A DNA stretch of 64,000 bases, from NCBI GenBank assembly GCA_028717245.1, contig JAQUOD010000005.1, forward strand, positions 18,637 to 82,636, written 5' to 3'. Shown one piece after another: positions 42,031-51,979 of this stretch. The notes below the pieces were generated by a model that saw nothing but the letters and a program-made list of their open reading frames with translations, was not told where the DNA came from and searched no databases. The DNA comes from Candidatus Omnitrophota bacterium (GTDB taxonomy: Bacteria > Omnitrophota > Gorgyraeia > Gygaellales > Profunditerraquicolaceae). Within the stretch, counting starts at the first letter, position 1. Each line of letters begins with the position of its first letter. A program made the translations under genes and the position numbers.

Positions 42031-43182
42031 ATGGCGTCCTTTAATCCCTTTGTTTCCATCATTATACCCGTAAAGAACTTTGAGCGCACCATTGAGAAGA
42101 CCTTTGAATACCTGCTCGCCGTGGATTACCCGCGGGACTCCTGGGAATGGGTGATTGCCGACGGAGGTTCTACAGATAAGACCGTAGAAATTATAGAAAG
42201 TTGGCGCAAAATCTACCCTTTCATTAAGTTAGTCCAAATCCCTAATTGTCCATCTCCGGGATTTGCCCGTAACAAAGCCTTGGAAGCAGTAAAGGGCGAT
42301 TTTCTTTTTTTTACTGATGCTGATTGCGCGCCGGATAAGAACTGGATAAACGAGATGCTCAAGCACTTTAGCCGTGACCCGCAGATTGCCGCCGTGGGAG
42401 GCGAAGTCTTCACCTTAAAAGTCGACCCCAACAATCTGGTAGAGGCCTGGTGCCAGCACTTCCGTTTCAATATGGTCTCTCCCCGCTACGGTTTTATTCA
42501 GGAGGGGTACTACCCGGAATTCCCCAGAGACCCTGAGCCCTCGGATATCGGCGGGCATAAGGCTTATTTTTTCGGTACTTGTAATGTCGCTTACCGCCGC
42601 AGTGCCATGCGCGAGATTGGGGCTAAATTCTGGGAGAGGCCCACTGGCGAAGACATGGATTTAAGTTATCAGCACCGCCAGGCAGGCTGGAAATTTTATT
42701 TTGCGCCTAAAGCCAAAGTCGACCATATGCACCGCGCAGATTTAAAGGCCCTGCTTCGGGTCTGGGTGACCTATGGCCAGGCGCATTTGCCTTTAATCCA
42801 GAAGTATGTGCGTAAAAATAACTTGGAGATTATCCTGCAATTTTTAAAAGGCAACCCTTCATTTGTGCTGCCCTTTCCTCTAAAAGGGTTTATTTATTTG
42901 GGTAATTTCCATATGTTACATATTTTTGCCCTGCTTTTTATCTTGGGCGTGGTAGGCAATTTTATCTGGCTAGGCGTATTTTGGAAAATCTTTACGCTCG
43001 CCTCTTTATTTTTGACCATATATTTTCTCTATCAGTATGTAAAGTGGAACTTTGGCATGGAGCCGAAGGATAAATTCTTTACCTGGTGCAGGATGAAATA
43101 CCTGACTAATTTGAGTTTTATCCGCGGGGGGCTTAAGGGTCTTAGTAAACATAAGGTATTATGTATTGAGCCGAGTTTTTAG
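42031..43182 (+). CDS. family 2 glycosyltransferase with C-terminal TM segments
   Basis: It has the GT-A motifs SIIIPVKN...DGGSTD...FFTDADC and is 383 aa. An AGGAGG Shine-Dalgarno sequence lies upstream. Confidence 0.8.
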   Translation: MASFNPFVSIIIPVKNFERTIEKTFEYLLAVDYPRDSWEWVIADGGSTDKTVEIIESWRKIYPFIKLVQIPNCPSPGFARNKALEAVKGDFLFFTDADCAPDKNWINEMLKHFSRDPQIAAVGGEVFTLKVDPNNLVEAWCQHFRFNMVSPRYGFIQEGYYPEFPRDPEPSDIGGHKAYFFGTCNVAYRRSAMREIGAKFWERPTGEDMDLSYQHRQAGWKFYFAPKAKVDHMHRADLKALLRVWVTYGQAHLPLIQKYVRKNNLEIILQFLKGNPSFVLPFPLKGFIYLGNFHMLHIFALLFILGVVGNFIWLGVFWKIFTLASLFLTIYFLYQYVKWNFGMEPKDKFFTWCRMKYLTNLSFIRGGLKGLSKHKVLCIEPSF

Positions 43183-43272
43183 AAGCGGCGTCAAAGTATC
43201 AAGGTGTCAATGTGTCAAAGTGTAGATTTTTTGATACTTTGATACACTGACACTTTGACACAACATTAGGAG
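43183..43272. repeat. GTCAAAGT/GTATCAAG x4 + inverted x4 hairpin element (GT2-tauE spacer)
   Basis: CGTCAAAGTATCAAGGTGTCAATGTGTCAAAGTG is followed by loop TAGATTTT and then TTGATACTTTGATACACTGACACTTTGACAC. Confidence 0.85.
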
Positions 43273-43279
43273 AAATATA

Positions 43280-43639
43280 ATGAATCAGATTTTATATATA
43301 ATTTTAGGCATAGTCGCTGGTATCTTCGGAGGGATGTTTGGCATCGGCGGAGGAACTATTCTTATCCCGGCTTTGGTTTATCTCTTCGGGTTGACACAGC
43401 ATCAGGCGCAAGGCACAACCTTGGCTATTATGATTCCTCCTATCGGGCTCTTGGCAGCACTGCGTTATTATTATAGCGGTAACGTAAAGTTGGGTATGGC
43501 CGGGTTCATCTGCCTGGGGTTTTTTATCGGCGGGTTAATCGGCGCAAACTTTGTGCAGAATTTATCCGACCCGCTCCTGAAAAGATTATTTGGCATATTC
43601 CTGCTTTTCGTTTCTATCCAGATGATTTTAAGCAAATAA
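43280..43639 (+). CDS. TauE/SafE (TSUP) family half-size membrane transporter
   Basis: It has a 4-TM TSUP repeat with G-rich motif GIGGGTILIPAL and is 119 aa. Confidence 0.65.
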   Translation: MNQILYIILGIVAGIFGGMFGIGGGTILIPALVYLFGLTQHQAQGTTLAIMIPPIGLLAALRYYYSGNVKLGMAGFICLGFFIGGLIGANFVQNLSDPLLKRLFGIFLLFVSIQMILSK

Positions 43640-43640
43640 A

Positions 43641-44576
43641 ATGCAAAACAAACTTTCCGTGAATATAGGTAACTTGAAACTCAAGAACCCGGTGATGGTT
43701 GCCTCAGGTACATTTGGTTATGCCGATGAATTCCGGGGCTTTATGGATTTAAAAAAACTGGGCGCGATTGTCACCAAGACCATTACCTTAAAGCCCCGCC
43801 AAGGCAACCTGCCCCCGCGCACCTGTGAAACTCCCGCGGGCATGCTTAACTCTATCGGCTTAGAAAATCCCGGGCTTATAGTTTTTCTGGCAGAGAAATT
43901 ACCCCAGTTGAAAAAGATAGGCGTGCCGATAATTATCAGCATTGCCTCTGAGGATAACCCGGATGAATTTATCAGCCTTGCAAAGCGTCTGGATAAAGTC
44001 AGGGGAGTCGCGGCGATAGAGCTAAATATTTCCTGCCCTAATGTTAAAAATCCCAAATCCCAAATCCCAAATCCCAAACTAATCTCTCAGAATCCAAAAG
44101 CAACTTATAATTTAGTCAGGCAGGTGCGCAAGGTTACCAGCAAGACTATTATTACCAAGCTTTCCCCTAATGTTACCGATATCGCCGAAATCGCTTTGGC
44201 AGCTGAAAGAGCCGGCAGCGACGCGGTTTCTTTAATAAATACGCTTACCGGCATGAGCATAGATATAAAAACGAAGAAACCTAAGATCGCAAGCGTTACG
44301 GGAGGTTTAAGCGGTCCGGCAATTAGGCCGGTTGCGGTGAGGATGGTCCGGGAGGTTTATCAAAAGATTAAAATCCCTATCGTCGGAATGGGTGGTATAA
44401 TGGATACCAAAAGCGCACTGGAATTCTTTATTGCCGGGGCAACGGCAATCAGCATAGGCACGGCGAATTTTATTAATCCCAAGGTAACCATGGAAATAAT
44501 CCAGGGTATAAAGGAATATTTGATTACCAATAAAATAAAAGATATTAAAATACTGAGCGGGAGCCTTAAAACATGA
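43641..44576 (+). CDS. pyrD: dihydroorotate dehydrogenase catalytic subunit (class 1B)
   Basis: It has the TIM-barrel DHOD motifs ASGTFGY...NSIGLENPG...ELNISCPN...GGI. It contains an in-frame AAATCCC x4 repeat. Confidence 0.9.
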   Translation: MQNKLSVNIGNLKLKNPVMVASGTFGYADEFRGFMDLKKLGAIVTKTITLKPRQGNLPPRTCETPAGMLNSIGLENPGLIVFLAEKLPQLKKIGVPIIISIASEDNPDEFISLAKRLDKVRGVAAIELNISCPNVKNPKSQIPNPKLISQNPKATYNLVRQVRKVTSKTIITKLSPNVTDIAEIALAAERAGSDAVSLINTLTGMSIDIKTKKPKIASVTGGLSGPAIRPVAVRMVREVYQKIKIPIVGMGGIMDTKSALEFFIAGATAISIGTANFINPKVTMEIIQGIKEYLITNKIKDIKILSGSLKT

Positions 44577-45277
44577 AACCAGCGAACAGCGAACAGCGAA
44601 CAGCGACCCAACTGATTCTCGCCCTGGACGTAGATAACCCTAGAGAGGCGCTACGTTGGGTAAAGTTGCTTTATCCGAAAGTAAAAATTTTTAAGGTGGG
44701 TTTAGAGCTTTATACAGCAGGCGGCCCCAAGATTATTCGGGCTATCCGTAAAACAGGGGCGAGCGTTTTTTTGGATTTAAAATTTAATGATATCCCTAAC
44801 ACCATGGCAAAAGCAGCTAAAGAGGCATTAAAGCATAAAGCAGCCATGTTTACAGTGCATACCTTATCCGGGCCAACCGCGCTTAAGGAGGTTAGCAATA
44901 TCTGCCGCGGAAGCCATACTAAGGTCTTAGGGGTAACCCTGCTCACCAGTATCTGCGGCCGTTTCCTGAAAGATTTAGGAATTAATAAGCCAGTGTCGAG
45001 TGAAGTCCTGTATTTAGCCAGAATGGCAAGAAGATGCGGCTTAGACGGCGTGGTCTGCTCTGTGCAGGAGGCAAGGATAATCAGGAAACGCTTAGGCAGG
45101 AATTTTATTATTCTTACTCCCGGGATAAGGCCAGATGGTTTTATAAAAGAAGACCAGAAAAGGATTGCCACGCCCAAAGACGCAAGGGAAGCCGGTGCAG
45201 ATTTTATTGTCGTCGGCAGGCCAATACTTAAAGCAAAGAATCCAAGACAGGTAGTAGAAGAGATATTGACGGGATAG
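44573..45277 (+). CDS. pyrF: orotidine 5'-phosphate decarboxylase
   Basis: It has LILALDV...DLKFNDIPNT. The N-terminus carries a CAGCGAA x4 repeat. Confidence 0.9.
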   Translation: MKPANSEQRTATQLILALDVDNPREALRWVKLLYPKVKIFKVGLELYTAGGPKIIRAIRKTGASVFLDLKFNDIPNTMAKAAKEALKHKAAMFTVHTLSGPTALKEVSNICRGSHTKVLGVTLLTSICGRFLKDLGINKPVSSEVLYLARMARRCGLDGVVCSVQEARIIRKRLGRNFIILTPGIRPDGFIKEDQKRIATPKDAREAGADFIVVGRPILKAKNPRQVVEEILTG

Positions 45278-45290
45278 ACAGGAGAACGCC

Positions 45291-45890
45291 ATGGCAGAAG
45301 ACATTAAGTCGTTAATAGACAAAATAAATCAGGAAGGCATAGCTGCAGCTGAGAAGAAGGCTAAAGAAATAGAAGAGAAAACCAGGCAGGAGGCAGAGCG
45401 GGTTTTAGCTAAAGCAAAACGCGAGGCTAGCAGCCTCTTGAATAACGCGAAAGAGCAGATTCTTAAGATGCGCGAAGAAGAAAGGGCCTCGCTTACGCAG
45501 GCTGGCAGAGACCTTCTGCTTACGCTTAAGCAGGAGGTCAATATCATGTTGCAAAAAATCATCGTCAGGGAATTGCGCGATATGCTGACGCCAGAAAATC
45601 TCTTTAAAATTTTAAGCAGCGCCATCAAGGGTTCCTGCGTAAAGGAAAAAACAGATATCATAATTTCCCTTAATAAGGAAGACCTGAAGGCCCTAGAGAG
45701 CGGCTTTTTAGCCAAGCTTAAGGCAGAGACCAAGAAAGAAATACTTTTAAGGCCTTCGGAGAGTATCGGCGCGGGATTTGTCATCAGCTTTGATGCCGGT
45801 AAATCGCAGTTTGATTTTAGCGAAAAGGCCCTGGCCGAATATATCGGGGCATACCTTAAGCCAAAACTGAAAGAAATCCTAAAGAGTTAG
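45291..45890 (+). CDS. atpE: V/A-type ATP synthase subunit E
   Basis: It is a 199-aa coiled-coil-rich protein at the head of the V-ATPase operon. Identification is by position and composition. Confidence 0.7.
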   Translation: MAEDIKSLIDKINQEGIAAAEKKAKEIEEKTRQEAERVLAKAKREASSLLNNAKEQILKMREEERASLTQAGRDLLLTLKQEVNIMLQKIIVRELRDMLTPENLFKILSSAIKGSCVKEKTDIIISLNKEDLKALESGFLAKLKAETKKEILLRPSESIGAGFVISFDAGKSQFDFSEKALAEYIGAYLKPKLKEILKS

Positions 45891-45895
45891 AAAGC

Positions 45896-46420
45896 ATGCC
45901 GGATTTATATCCTTATCTTATCGCAAGTTTACCCATGCTGCATTTTGGCGCGCCAGCGCATATTTCTTTTGAGCAGTTTCTTTTAAAATGCCAAGAACTC
46001 ATCCCGCAGGATGATTTTACGCTATTAGAGAGTCTTCCCTTACAATGCGAATATAAAGGGGCCCAGGCAACCATAAGAAGATGGGTGGATTTTGAGATTA
46101 TGCTGCGCAATGAATTAGTAAAGTTAAGGGCCAGCCGTAAAAGAATAGACCCGGCTAAATACCTGCGGCCCGACGGATCTGCAGGAGCTATACTTTATCA
46201 TGTGGCTCTGGCTGCGCAAAGGAATCCTTCGCCCCTTGAAGGCGAGAGGATATTGGCCCTGGCAAAGTGGGATTTTTTAGAGGAGTTGTCATTCGGGCAC
46301 TATTTTGATCTGGATTTTCTGATTATTTATGCCTGCAAGCTCTTGATCCTGGAGCATTGGGAGAGGATTAAGTCAGCAGATAAGAATAAAATACTTACTG
46401 AGGCCTTAGCCGGAAATTAA
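45896..46420 (+). CDS. DUF2764-like protein conserved in Chlamydia-type V-ATPase operons (between E and A)
   Basis: It is 174 aa and sits between atpE and atpA, as does the hypothetical gene in Chlamydia/PVC V-ATPase operons. Confidence 0.5.
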   Translation: MPDLYPYLIASLPMLHFGAPAHISFEQFLLKCQELIPQDDFTLLESLPLQCEYKGAQATIRRWVDFEIMLRNELVKLRASRKRIDPAKYLRPDGSAGAILYHVALAAQRNPSPLEGERILALAKWDFLEELSFGHYFDLDFLIIYACKLLILEHWERIKSADKNKILTEALAGN

Positions 46421-46433
46421 CAAGAGGTTTTAG

Positions 46434-48188
46434 ATGCCGCAAAAAAGAACAGGTTATATTAAAAGGATTAATGCCAACATGGTTACCGTCGGGTTTGATA
46501 CCTTTGTCATCCAGAATGAGGTCGCTTATATCATCCACGGCGAGGAACGCCTTAAGTCAGAGGTAATCCGCGTGCGGCAGAAGAACGCGGAATTGCAGGT
46601 TTACGAAAGCACCTCGGGCCTTAAGGTCGGGGATAAAGTTGAATTTACCGAAGAGTTGCTTTCTGTCCAGCTTGGGCCAGGGCTCCTGGGCCAGATTTTT
46701 GACGGCCTGCAGAATCCCCTGCCGCTTTTAGCCGAAAAGTGCGGTTTCTTTTTACAGCGCGGGGTCTATATAAAGGCTTTGCCTGAAGAGAACAAGTGGC
46801 AATTTACTCCCCTGGTTAAACCCGGGGATAAAATCCTGGCCGGAGCGAAAATCGGCTTTGTGCCGGAGAAGATTTTTAAACATTATATTATGGCGCCGTT
46901 TAGCCTGCGGGGGATTTTAGAAGTAACGCAGGTTGCAGGGGCAGGCGATTATAATTTAGAAGAGCCGGTGGCGAAGCTAAAGGATGAGGACGGTAAAGAG
47001 ATAGATATTTTTCTTTCGCAGAATTGGCCGGTAAAGATTCCCATTCCCGCATATGCTGAAAAATTAAAGCCTCAAGAGCCTTTAGTAACCAGGATGCGCT
47101 TAATAGATTCCTTATTTCCGGTTGCGCGGGGAGGCACCTATTGCATACCCGGGCCATTTGGCTCCGGAAAGACGGTCTTACAACAGTTAACCAGCCGCCA
47201 CGCCGAGGTAGATATTGTGATTATCGCCGCCTGTGGTGAGCGCGCCGGAGAAGTAGTGGAGACGCTTAAAACCTTTCCCGAATTAATTGATCCTCAGACC
47301 GGAAAACCCTTGAGTGAGCGCACAGTGATTATCTGTAACACCAGCTCCATGCCGGTTGCCGCGAGAGAATCCAGCGTTTATACGGCGGTTACCATTGCGG
47401 AATATTACCGCCAGATGGGTTTAAATGTTTTACTCTTGGCGGATTCTACGTCGAGGTGGGCGCAGGCCATGCGCGAGATGTCCGGCCGGCTGGAAGAGAT
47501 ACCCGGGGAAGAGGCCTTCCCCGCTTATTTAGAGTCGCGCATCGCCTCTTTCTACGAGCGCGCAGGCGTGGTCAGACTCCTTGACGGCAGTATCGGTTCG
47601 GTAACTATCGGCGGGACAGTCAGCCCAGCCGGAGGAAATTTCGAGGAGCCGGTAACCCAGGCCACATTAAAAGTCGTCGGCGCGTTTCACGGATTATCGC
47701 GCGAGCGCTCAGACGCCAGGAGATACCCGGCAATTGACCCCTTAATCAGCTGGAGTAAATACAAGGGCTTTATTGAGGAAAAACAGGAAGAAAGAGGCCA
47801 TGAGATTCTGCGCAAGTGCCATGATGTCGCCCAGATGATGAAGGTTATCGGCGAAGAGGGGGCATCGCTTCCTGACTACGTAGATTATTTAAAGGGTGAA
47901 TTCTTTGATTTTGTCTACCTGCAGCAGAATGCCTTTGACAAGGTTGATGAGGCAACCGCAAAAGATAGGCAAACCTACGTATTTAATTTTATTTATAATA
48001 TTTTAGAAACAGATTTTTCTTTTTCTGATAAAGCAGATGCCCTGCATTTCTTCCAGAAGCTGCGCCAGGTTTTTAAAGGATGGAACTCAAGCGCTTGGGC
48101 TAGCGAGGAATTCAAGGGTACAGAACAAGAAATATCTGCATTATTATCAGAAAAGATTTCCGGCAAAGAGGAAGAGGCGGATGCATAA
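46434..48188 (+). CDS. atpA: V-type ATP synthase catalytic subunit A
   Basis: It has the Walker A GPFGSGKT, is 584 aa, and has a non-homologous insert typical of the A subunit. Confidence 0.92.
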   Translation: MPQKRTGYIKRINANMVTVGFDTFVIQNEVAYIIHGEERLKSEVIRVRQKNAELQVYESTSGLKVGDKVEFTEELLSVQLGPGLLGQIFDGLQNPLPLLAEKCGFFLQRGVYIKALPEENKWQFTPLVKPGDKILAGAKIGFVPEKIFKHYIMAPFSLRGILEVTQVAGAGDYNLEEPVAKLKDEDGKEIDIFLSQNWPVKIPIPAYAEKLKPQEPLVTRMRLIDSLFPVARGGTYCIPGPFGSGKTVLQQLTSRHAEVDIVIIAACGERAGEVVETLKTFPELIDPQTGKPLSERTVIICNTSSMPVAARESSVYTAVTIAEYYRQMGLNVLLLADSTSRWAQAMREMSGRLEEIPGEEAFPAYLESRIASFYERAGVVRLLDGSIGSVTIGGTVSPAGGNFEEPVTQATLKVVGAFHGLSRERSDARRYPAIDPLISWSKYKGFIEEKQEERGHEILRKCHDVAQMMKVIGEEGASLPDYVDYLKGEFFDFVYLQQNAFDKVDEATAKDRQTYVFNFIYNILETDFSFSDKADALHFFQKLRQVFKGWNSSAWASEEFKGTEQEISALLSEKISGKEEEADA

Positions 48189-49488
48189 AGTATATACCAA
48201 TATTATTCAAATTGCAGGGGATGTGATCACCGTAGAAGCCGAAGGCATCGGATATTTAGAGATCGCCGAAGTTTCTACCAAACAAGGCAAATCCCTGGCG
48301 CAGGTTATCCGCATTGACGAGCAGAAAGTTTCTTTGCAGGTCTTTGCCGGGAGCAAAGGGGTTTCTACCGGCGATGAGGTCAGGTTCCTGGGGCATACTA
48401 TGCGTGTGGCAAGCGGCGATAATCTTTTGGGCCGCGTATTTAACGGAAGCGGCCTGCCTTTAGATAAGGGGCCGCAATTATCCGATAATCTGATTGAAAT
48501 CGGAAAGCCCTCGGTAAACCCGGCAAAGAGGATTATCCCCAATAAAATGATCCGCACCGGCCTTCCGATGATAGACGTTTTTAATTCTCTGGTTGAGTCA
48601 CAGAAATTGCCGGTCTTCTCCATCGCCGGGGAGCCTTACAATGAGCTCTTAGCGAGGATCGCCATTCAGGCAGAGGTGGATATCATTATTTTAGGGGGGA
48701 TGGGCTTAAAATACGACGATTACCTCTTCTTCAGGGATATACTTGAAGAAAAGGGCGCGCTTACGCGTTCCATCCTCTTTATCCATACTGCCTCTGACCC
48801 CGTAGTTGAATGCCTGCTTGTGCCTGACATCAGCCTGGCGGTTGCCGAGCAATTTGCGCTGGAAGGAAAACGTGTTTTAGTTTTATTGACGGATATGACT
48901 AATTTTTCCGATGCCTTAAAAGAAATATCCATTACCATGGAACAGGTCCCTTCAAACCGCGGGTATCCCGGAGACCTTTATTCGCAGCTGGCCAGCCGCT
49001 ATGAAAAGGCAGTGGATTTTGAGGGCGCAGGCTCAATTACTATTCTCGCCGCCACTACCATGCCCGGAGACGACGTCACTCATCCTGTCCCGGATAATAC
49101 CGGCTACATTACCGAAGGACAGTTTTATTTAAAAGGAGGCGTGATTGAACCTTTTGGTTCCTTAAGCCGGCTTAAGCAGCAGGTAAACGGCAAGACCCGC
49201 GACGACCACCGCACAATTATGGATACGATGATCCAGCTCTTTGCGAATTACCGCGAAACCGTTGAGAAACAGGCCATGGGTTTTCAGATGAGTTCATGGG
49301 ATAAAAAACTCCTGCATTATGGAAAACTTTTTGAAGAGAAGATGATGTCCTTGAAAGTAAATATACCCCTGGAAAAGGCCCTGGACCTGGGATGGGAGAT
49401 ACTGGCTGAGTGTTTTAACCCCGAAGAGACAGGAATCAGAAAAGCGATAATTGAAAAATACTGGCCAAAACAGGGACTGTCCCCGTAG
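48181..49488 (+). CDS. atpB: V-type ATP synthase subunit B
   Basis: The start is taken as [15 protein letters not shown] at 48181, with an 8-nt overlap with atpA. The longer track ORF from 48037 is rejected. It is 435 aa. Confidence 0.88.
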   Translation: MHKVYTNIIQIAGDVITVEAEGIGYLEIAEVSTKQGKSLAQVIRIDEQKVSLQVFAGSKGVSTGDEVRFLGHTMRVASGDNLLGRVFNGSGLPLDKGPQLSDNLIEIGKPSVNPAKRIIPNKMIRTGLPMIDVFNSLVESQKLPVFSIAGEPYNELLARIAIQAEVDIIILGGMGLKYDDYLFFRDILEEKGALTRSILFIHTASDPVVECLLVPDISLAVAEQFALEGKRVLVLLTDMTNFSDALKEISITMEQVPSNRGYPGDLYSQLASRYEKAVDFEGAGSITILAATTMPGDDVTHPVPDNTGYITEGQFYLKGGVIEPFGSLSRLKQQVNGKTRDDHRTIMDTMIQLFANYRETVEKQAMGFQMSSWDKKLLHYGKLFEEKMMSLKVNIPLEKALDLGWEILAECFNPEETGIRKAIIEKYWPKQGLSP

Positions 49489-49532
49489 ATAGCTAATCCA
49501 AAGGATACCTAGGGGACTGTCCCTGAAAGAAT

Positions 49533-50150
49533 ATGTCCAAGATAAAACTCACCAAAGGCGGGTTAAAACGTCAGCGGGATGCCTTAAGGCAATATGAAAG
49601 ATACCTGCCGACGTTGCAGCTTAAAAAACAGCAGCTGCAGCTTGAGATTTTACAGCAGATAAATTTGCTTTCGGAAAAAAGAGAAGCCGAGAAAAGGAAA
49701 AAAGAAGCGGCAAAGGCCTGGGCAGGATTATTAACAGATCCACTAGTAAATATCAAGGAGTGGTTTATCCCCGCTAATATAATTACCGGTGCAAAAAATG
49801 TGGCTGGGGTAGATTTACCCCTATTTGAGCGCGCAGAGTTTAAGGAAGCAGAATACGACTTATTCATTACTCCGCTTTGGGTCGATTTTGCTATTGAGGC
49901 ATTGAGAGGAATCGTGTCTTTAGAAAAAGAGATTCAGGTTATGGAGAAAGGCATCGCAATCTTAAAACAGGAACTGCGCATTACCACGCAAAGGGTCAAT
50001 CTTTTTGAGAAGGTGAAGATTCCTGAGGCTATTGAGGCCATCCGCCTGATTAAGATTTACATCGGCGACCAGATGGCTAACGCGGTCGGCCGCAGTAAGA
50101 TTGCTAAAAGAAAGATAGAAGAGTTCACAGAAGCGCCCCTCGCAGCCTGA
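49533..50150 (+). CDS. atpD: V-type ATP synthase subunit D
   Basis: It has MSKIKLTKGGL...RQRDAL... and is 205 aa, the V-type D pattern. Confidence 0.85.
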   Translation: MSKIKLTKGGLKRQRDALRQYERYLPTLQLKKQQLQLEILQQINLLSEKREAEKRKKEAAKAWAGLLTDPLVNIKEWFIPANIITGAKNVAGVDLPLFERAEFKEAEYDLFITPLWVDFAIEALRGIVSLEKEIQVMEKGIAILKQELRITTQRVNLFEKVKIPEAIEAIRLIKIYIGDQMANAVGRSKIAKRKIEEFTEAPLAA

Positions 50151-50206
50151 AGAAAAATAATAACTGCTCGGGGTCAATTTTCTGATAGTTAAGAGAGAAA
50201 AAATCG

Positions 50207-51970
50207 ATGATTGTCCCGATGAAAAAAGCCGCCATAATTATGCAGCAAAAGGATGCCGAAGAAGGCATTATGGCCTTGCGTTCTTTAGGCGTAATGCACG
50301 TAGAGCATCAGCAGGTGCCTAAAGGTAAAGATATCAGCCTCCTGGAAGAGGATTTGGCATTGGCGAATGAGGCGCTGGGAATTATTTCAGAAGCAGGATC
50401 CCTTGAAAAAAAACGACCCCGGGAAAAAGAAAAAGTTTTTGTTGATTGGAGGCAGACAGCCAGCCACATCATTGATTTATGGAAGAGGCTGGACCATCTG
50501 CAGGAATACTCAAAGGTCCTTACGCAACAGATAGGCGAATGGCAGGCCTGGGGCGATTTTGATCCGTCGGCAATAGCAGGCTTAGCAGAAAAGAATGTTT
50601 ATGTAAAACTCTATAGGATACCGAGAAAAGAATTACAGGGATTGCCTGTGGATGCAATTGTAGAGGAGATAACCTCTAAATCCGGAATGGTTTATTGCGC
50701 CGTAATCTCGCAAAAAAACATAGATATAGGGTTTAAAGAATTACAACTTCCCAGGCTTAGCCTTGGCTCAATGCAAAAACGGCTGACGGAAGACGCAAAT
50801 ATAATAAATGAAATTAAATTAAAACTGGATGAATACGGGTTTTACCGGGAAGAATTGTTAATAATAAAGCGATCCTTGGAAAGAGAGTTGGAATTCCATG
50901 AGGCCGTAAGCGGCATGGCGGAGACGATAGATTTAACGTATTTAGTGGGTTATGCCCCGGATGAAAATGAAGAGCAACTTATGGATTTAGCGAAAAAAGA
51001 AGGGTGGGGGATTCTTATTGGCGAACCTTCAGCCGAAGACAACGTCCCGGTTTTATTGCGTAACCCGAAATGGATTTCTCTCATCAATCCGGTTTTCAAA
51101 TTAATGGAAGTGGTCCCGGGTTACCGCGAGCTGGATGTCAGCCCCTTATTTTTATTATTTTTATCCCTCTTTTTCGGAATGATTATTGGAGATGCCGGCT
51201 ACGGGGCGGTATATTGCGCGCTTACTTTTTTAGCCCAACGTAAATACGCCAATAAAGTAAAAGATAAAAGGGTCTTCTTTTTATTTTATCTGTTCAGCTC
51301 CTGCGCTATTGCGTGGGGCCTATTAACCGGAACGGTTTTTGGCCAGCAATGGTATCTCGCCCAGGGCTTTCCAGCTCTGGCGCCGGCTTTAAATAATACT
51401 AAGTTTCTTATGTCTTTTTGCTTTTTGCTGGGGGCTGTGCAATTAAGCCTGGCGCACGTATGGCGGGCTTGTAAAAAATTTCCGTCGTTAACAGCGCTGG
51501 CAGATATCGGCTTTATTTGTTTATTGTGGGTAGGTTTTCTTCTGGCAAAGATGTTTATCCTGGGAGACCCCTTTCCGGTTGCCGGTAAATGGTTAGCTTT
51601 GGCAGGAGTTACATTAATCATATTTTTTGTCAGCCCGCAGAAAAATATCTTCAAGGCAATAGGCGAAGGGTTGGGGACGTTAGCGCTTGGCGCGGTGGGT
51701 AATTTCTCAGATGTAGTTTCTTACATCCGCCTTTTCGCGGTAGGGTTAGCCGGCGTGGCAGTGGCTGATTCCGTCAATATGCTTGCTGCCGGCGCAGGCG
51801 TAAACATTGCGGCACGGATAATTATTCTCTTTATCGGCCATACGATAAATATTATACTGGGGCCGATATCGGTGCTGGTACACGGTGTGAGGCTGAATGT
51901 CCTGGAATTTTCCTTATTGCACGGCAATGTTACCTGGAGCGGCCTGGCATATAAACCATTAAAGGAATAA
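50207..51970 (+). CDS. atpI: V-type ATP synthase subunit I (a-type membrane subunit)
   Basis: This 587-aa protein has a hydrophilic N-half and a polytopic C-half with a conserved Arg-containing helix. Confidence 0.8.
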   Translation: MIVPMKKAAIIMQQKDAEEGIMALRSLGVMHVEHQQVPKGKDISLLEEDLALANEALGIISEAGSLEKKRPREKEKVFVDWRQTASHIIDLWKRLDHLQEYSKVLTQQIGEWQAWGDFDPSAIAGLAEKNVYVKLYRIPRKELQGLPVDAIVEEITSKSGMVYCAVISQKNIDIGFKELQLPRLSLGSMQKRLTEDANIINEIKLKLDEYGFYREELLIIKRSLERELEFHEAVSGMAETIDLTYLVGYAPDENEEQLMDLAKKEGWGILIGEPSAEDNVPVLLRNPKWISLINPVFKLMEVVPGYRELDVSPLFLLFLSLFFGMIIGDAGYGAVYCALTFLAQRKYANKVKDKRVFFLFYLFSSCAIAWGLLTGTVFGQQWYLAQGFPALAPALNNTKFLMSFCFLLGAVQLSLAHVWRACKKFPSLTALADIGFICLLWVGFLLAKMFILGDPFPVAGKWLALAGVTLIIFFVSPQKNIFKAIGEGLGTLALGAVGNFSDVVSYIRLFAVGLAGVAVADSVNMLAAGAGVNIAARIIILFIGHTINIILGPISVLVHGVRLNVLEFSLLHGNVTWSGLAYKPLKE

Positions 51971-51979
51971 GGAGGCAAT

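Noticed and set aside
48037-49488. 483-aa form of V-ATPase subunit B starting at 48037
   Set aside because: The extra 48 codons overlap atpA out of frame. The conserved B-subunit N-terminus begins at [10 protein letters not shown] (48181).
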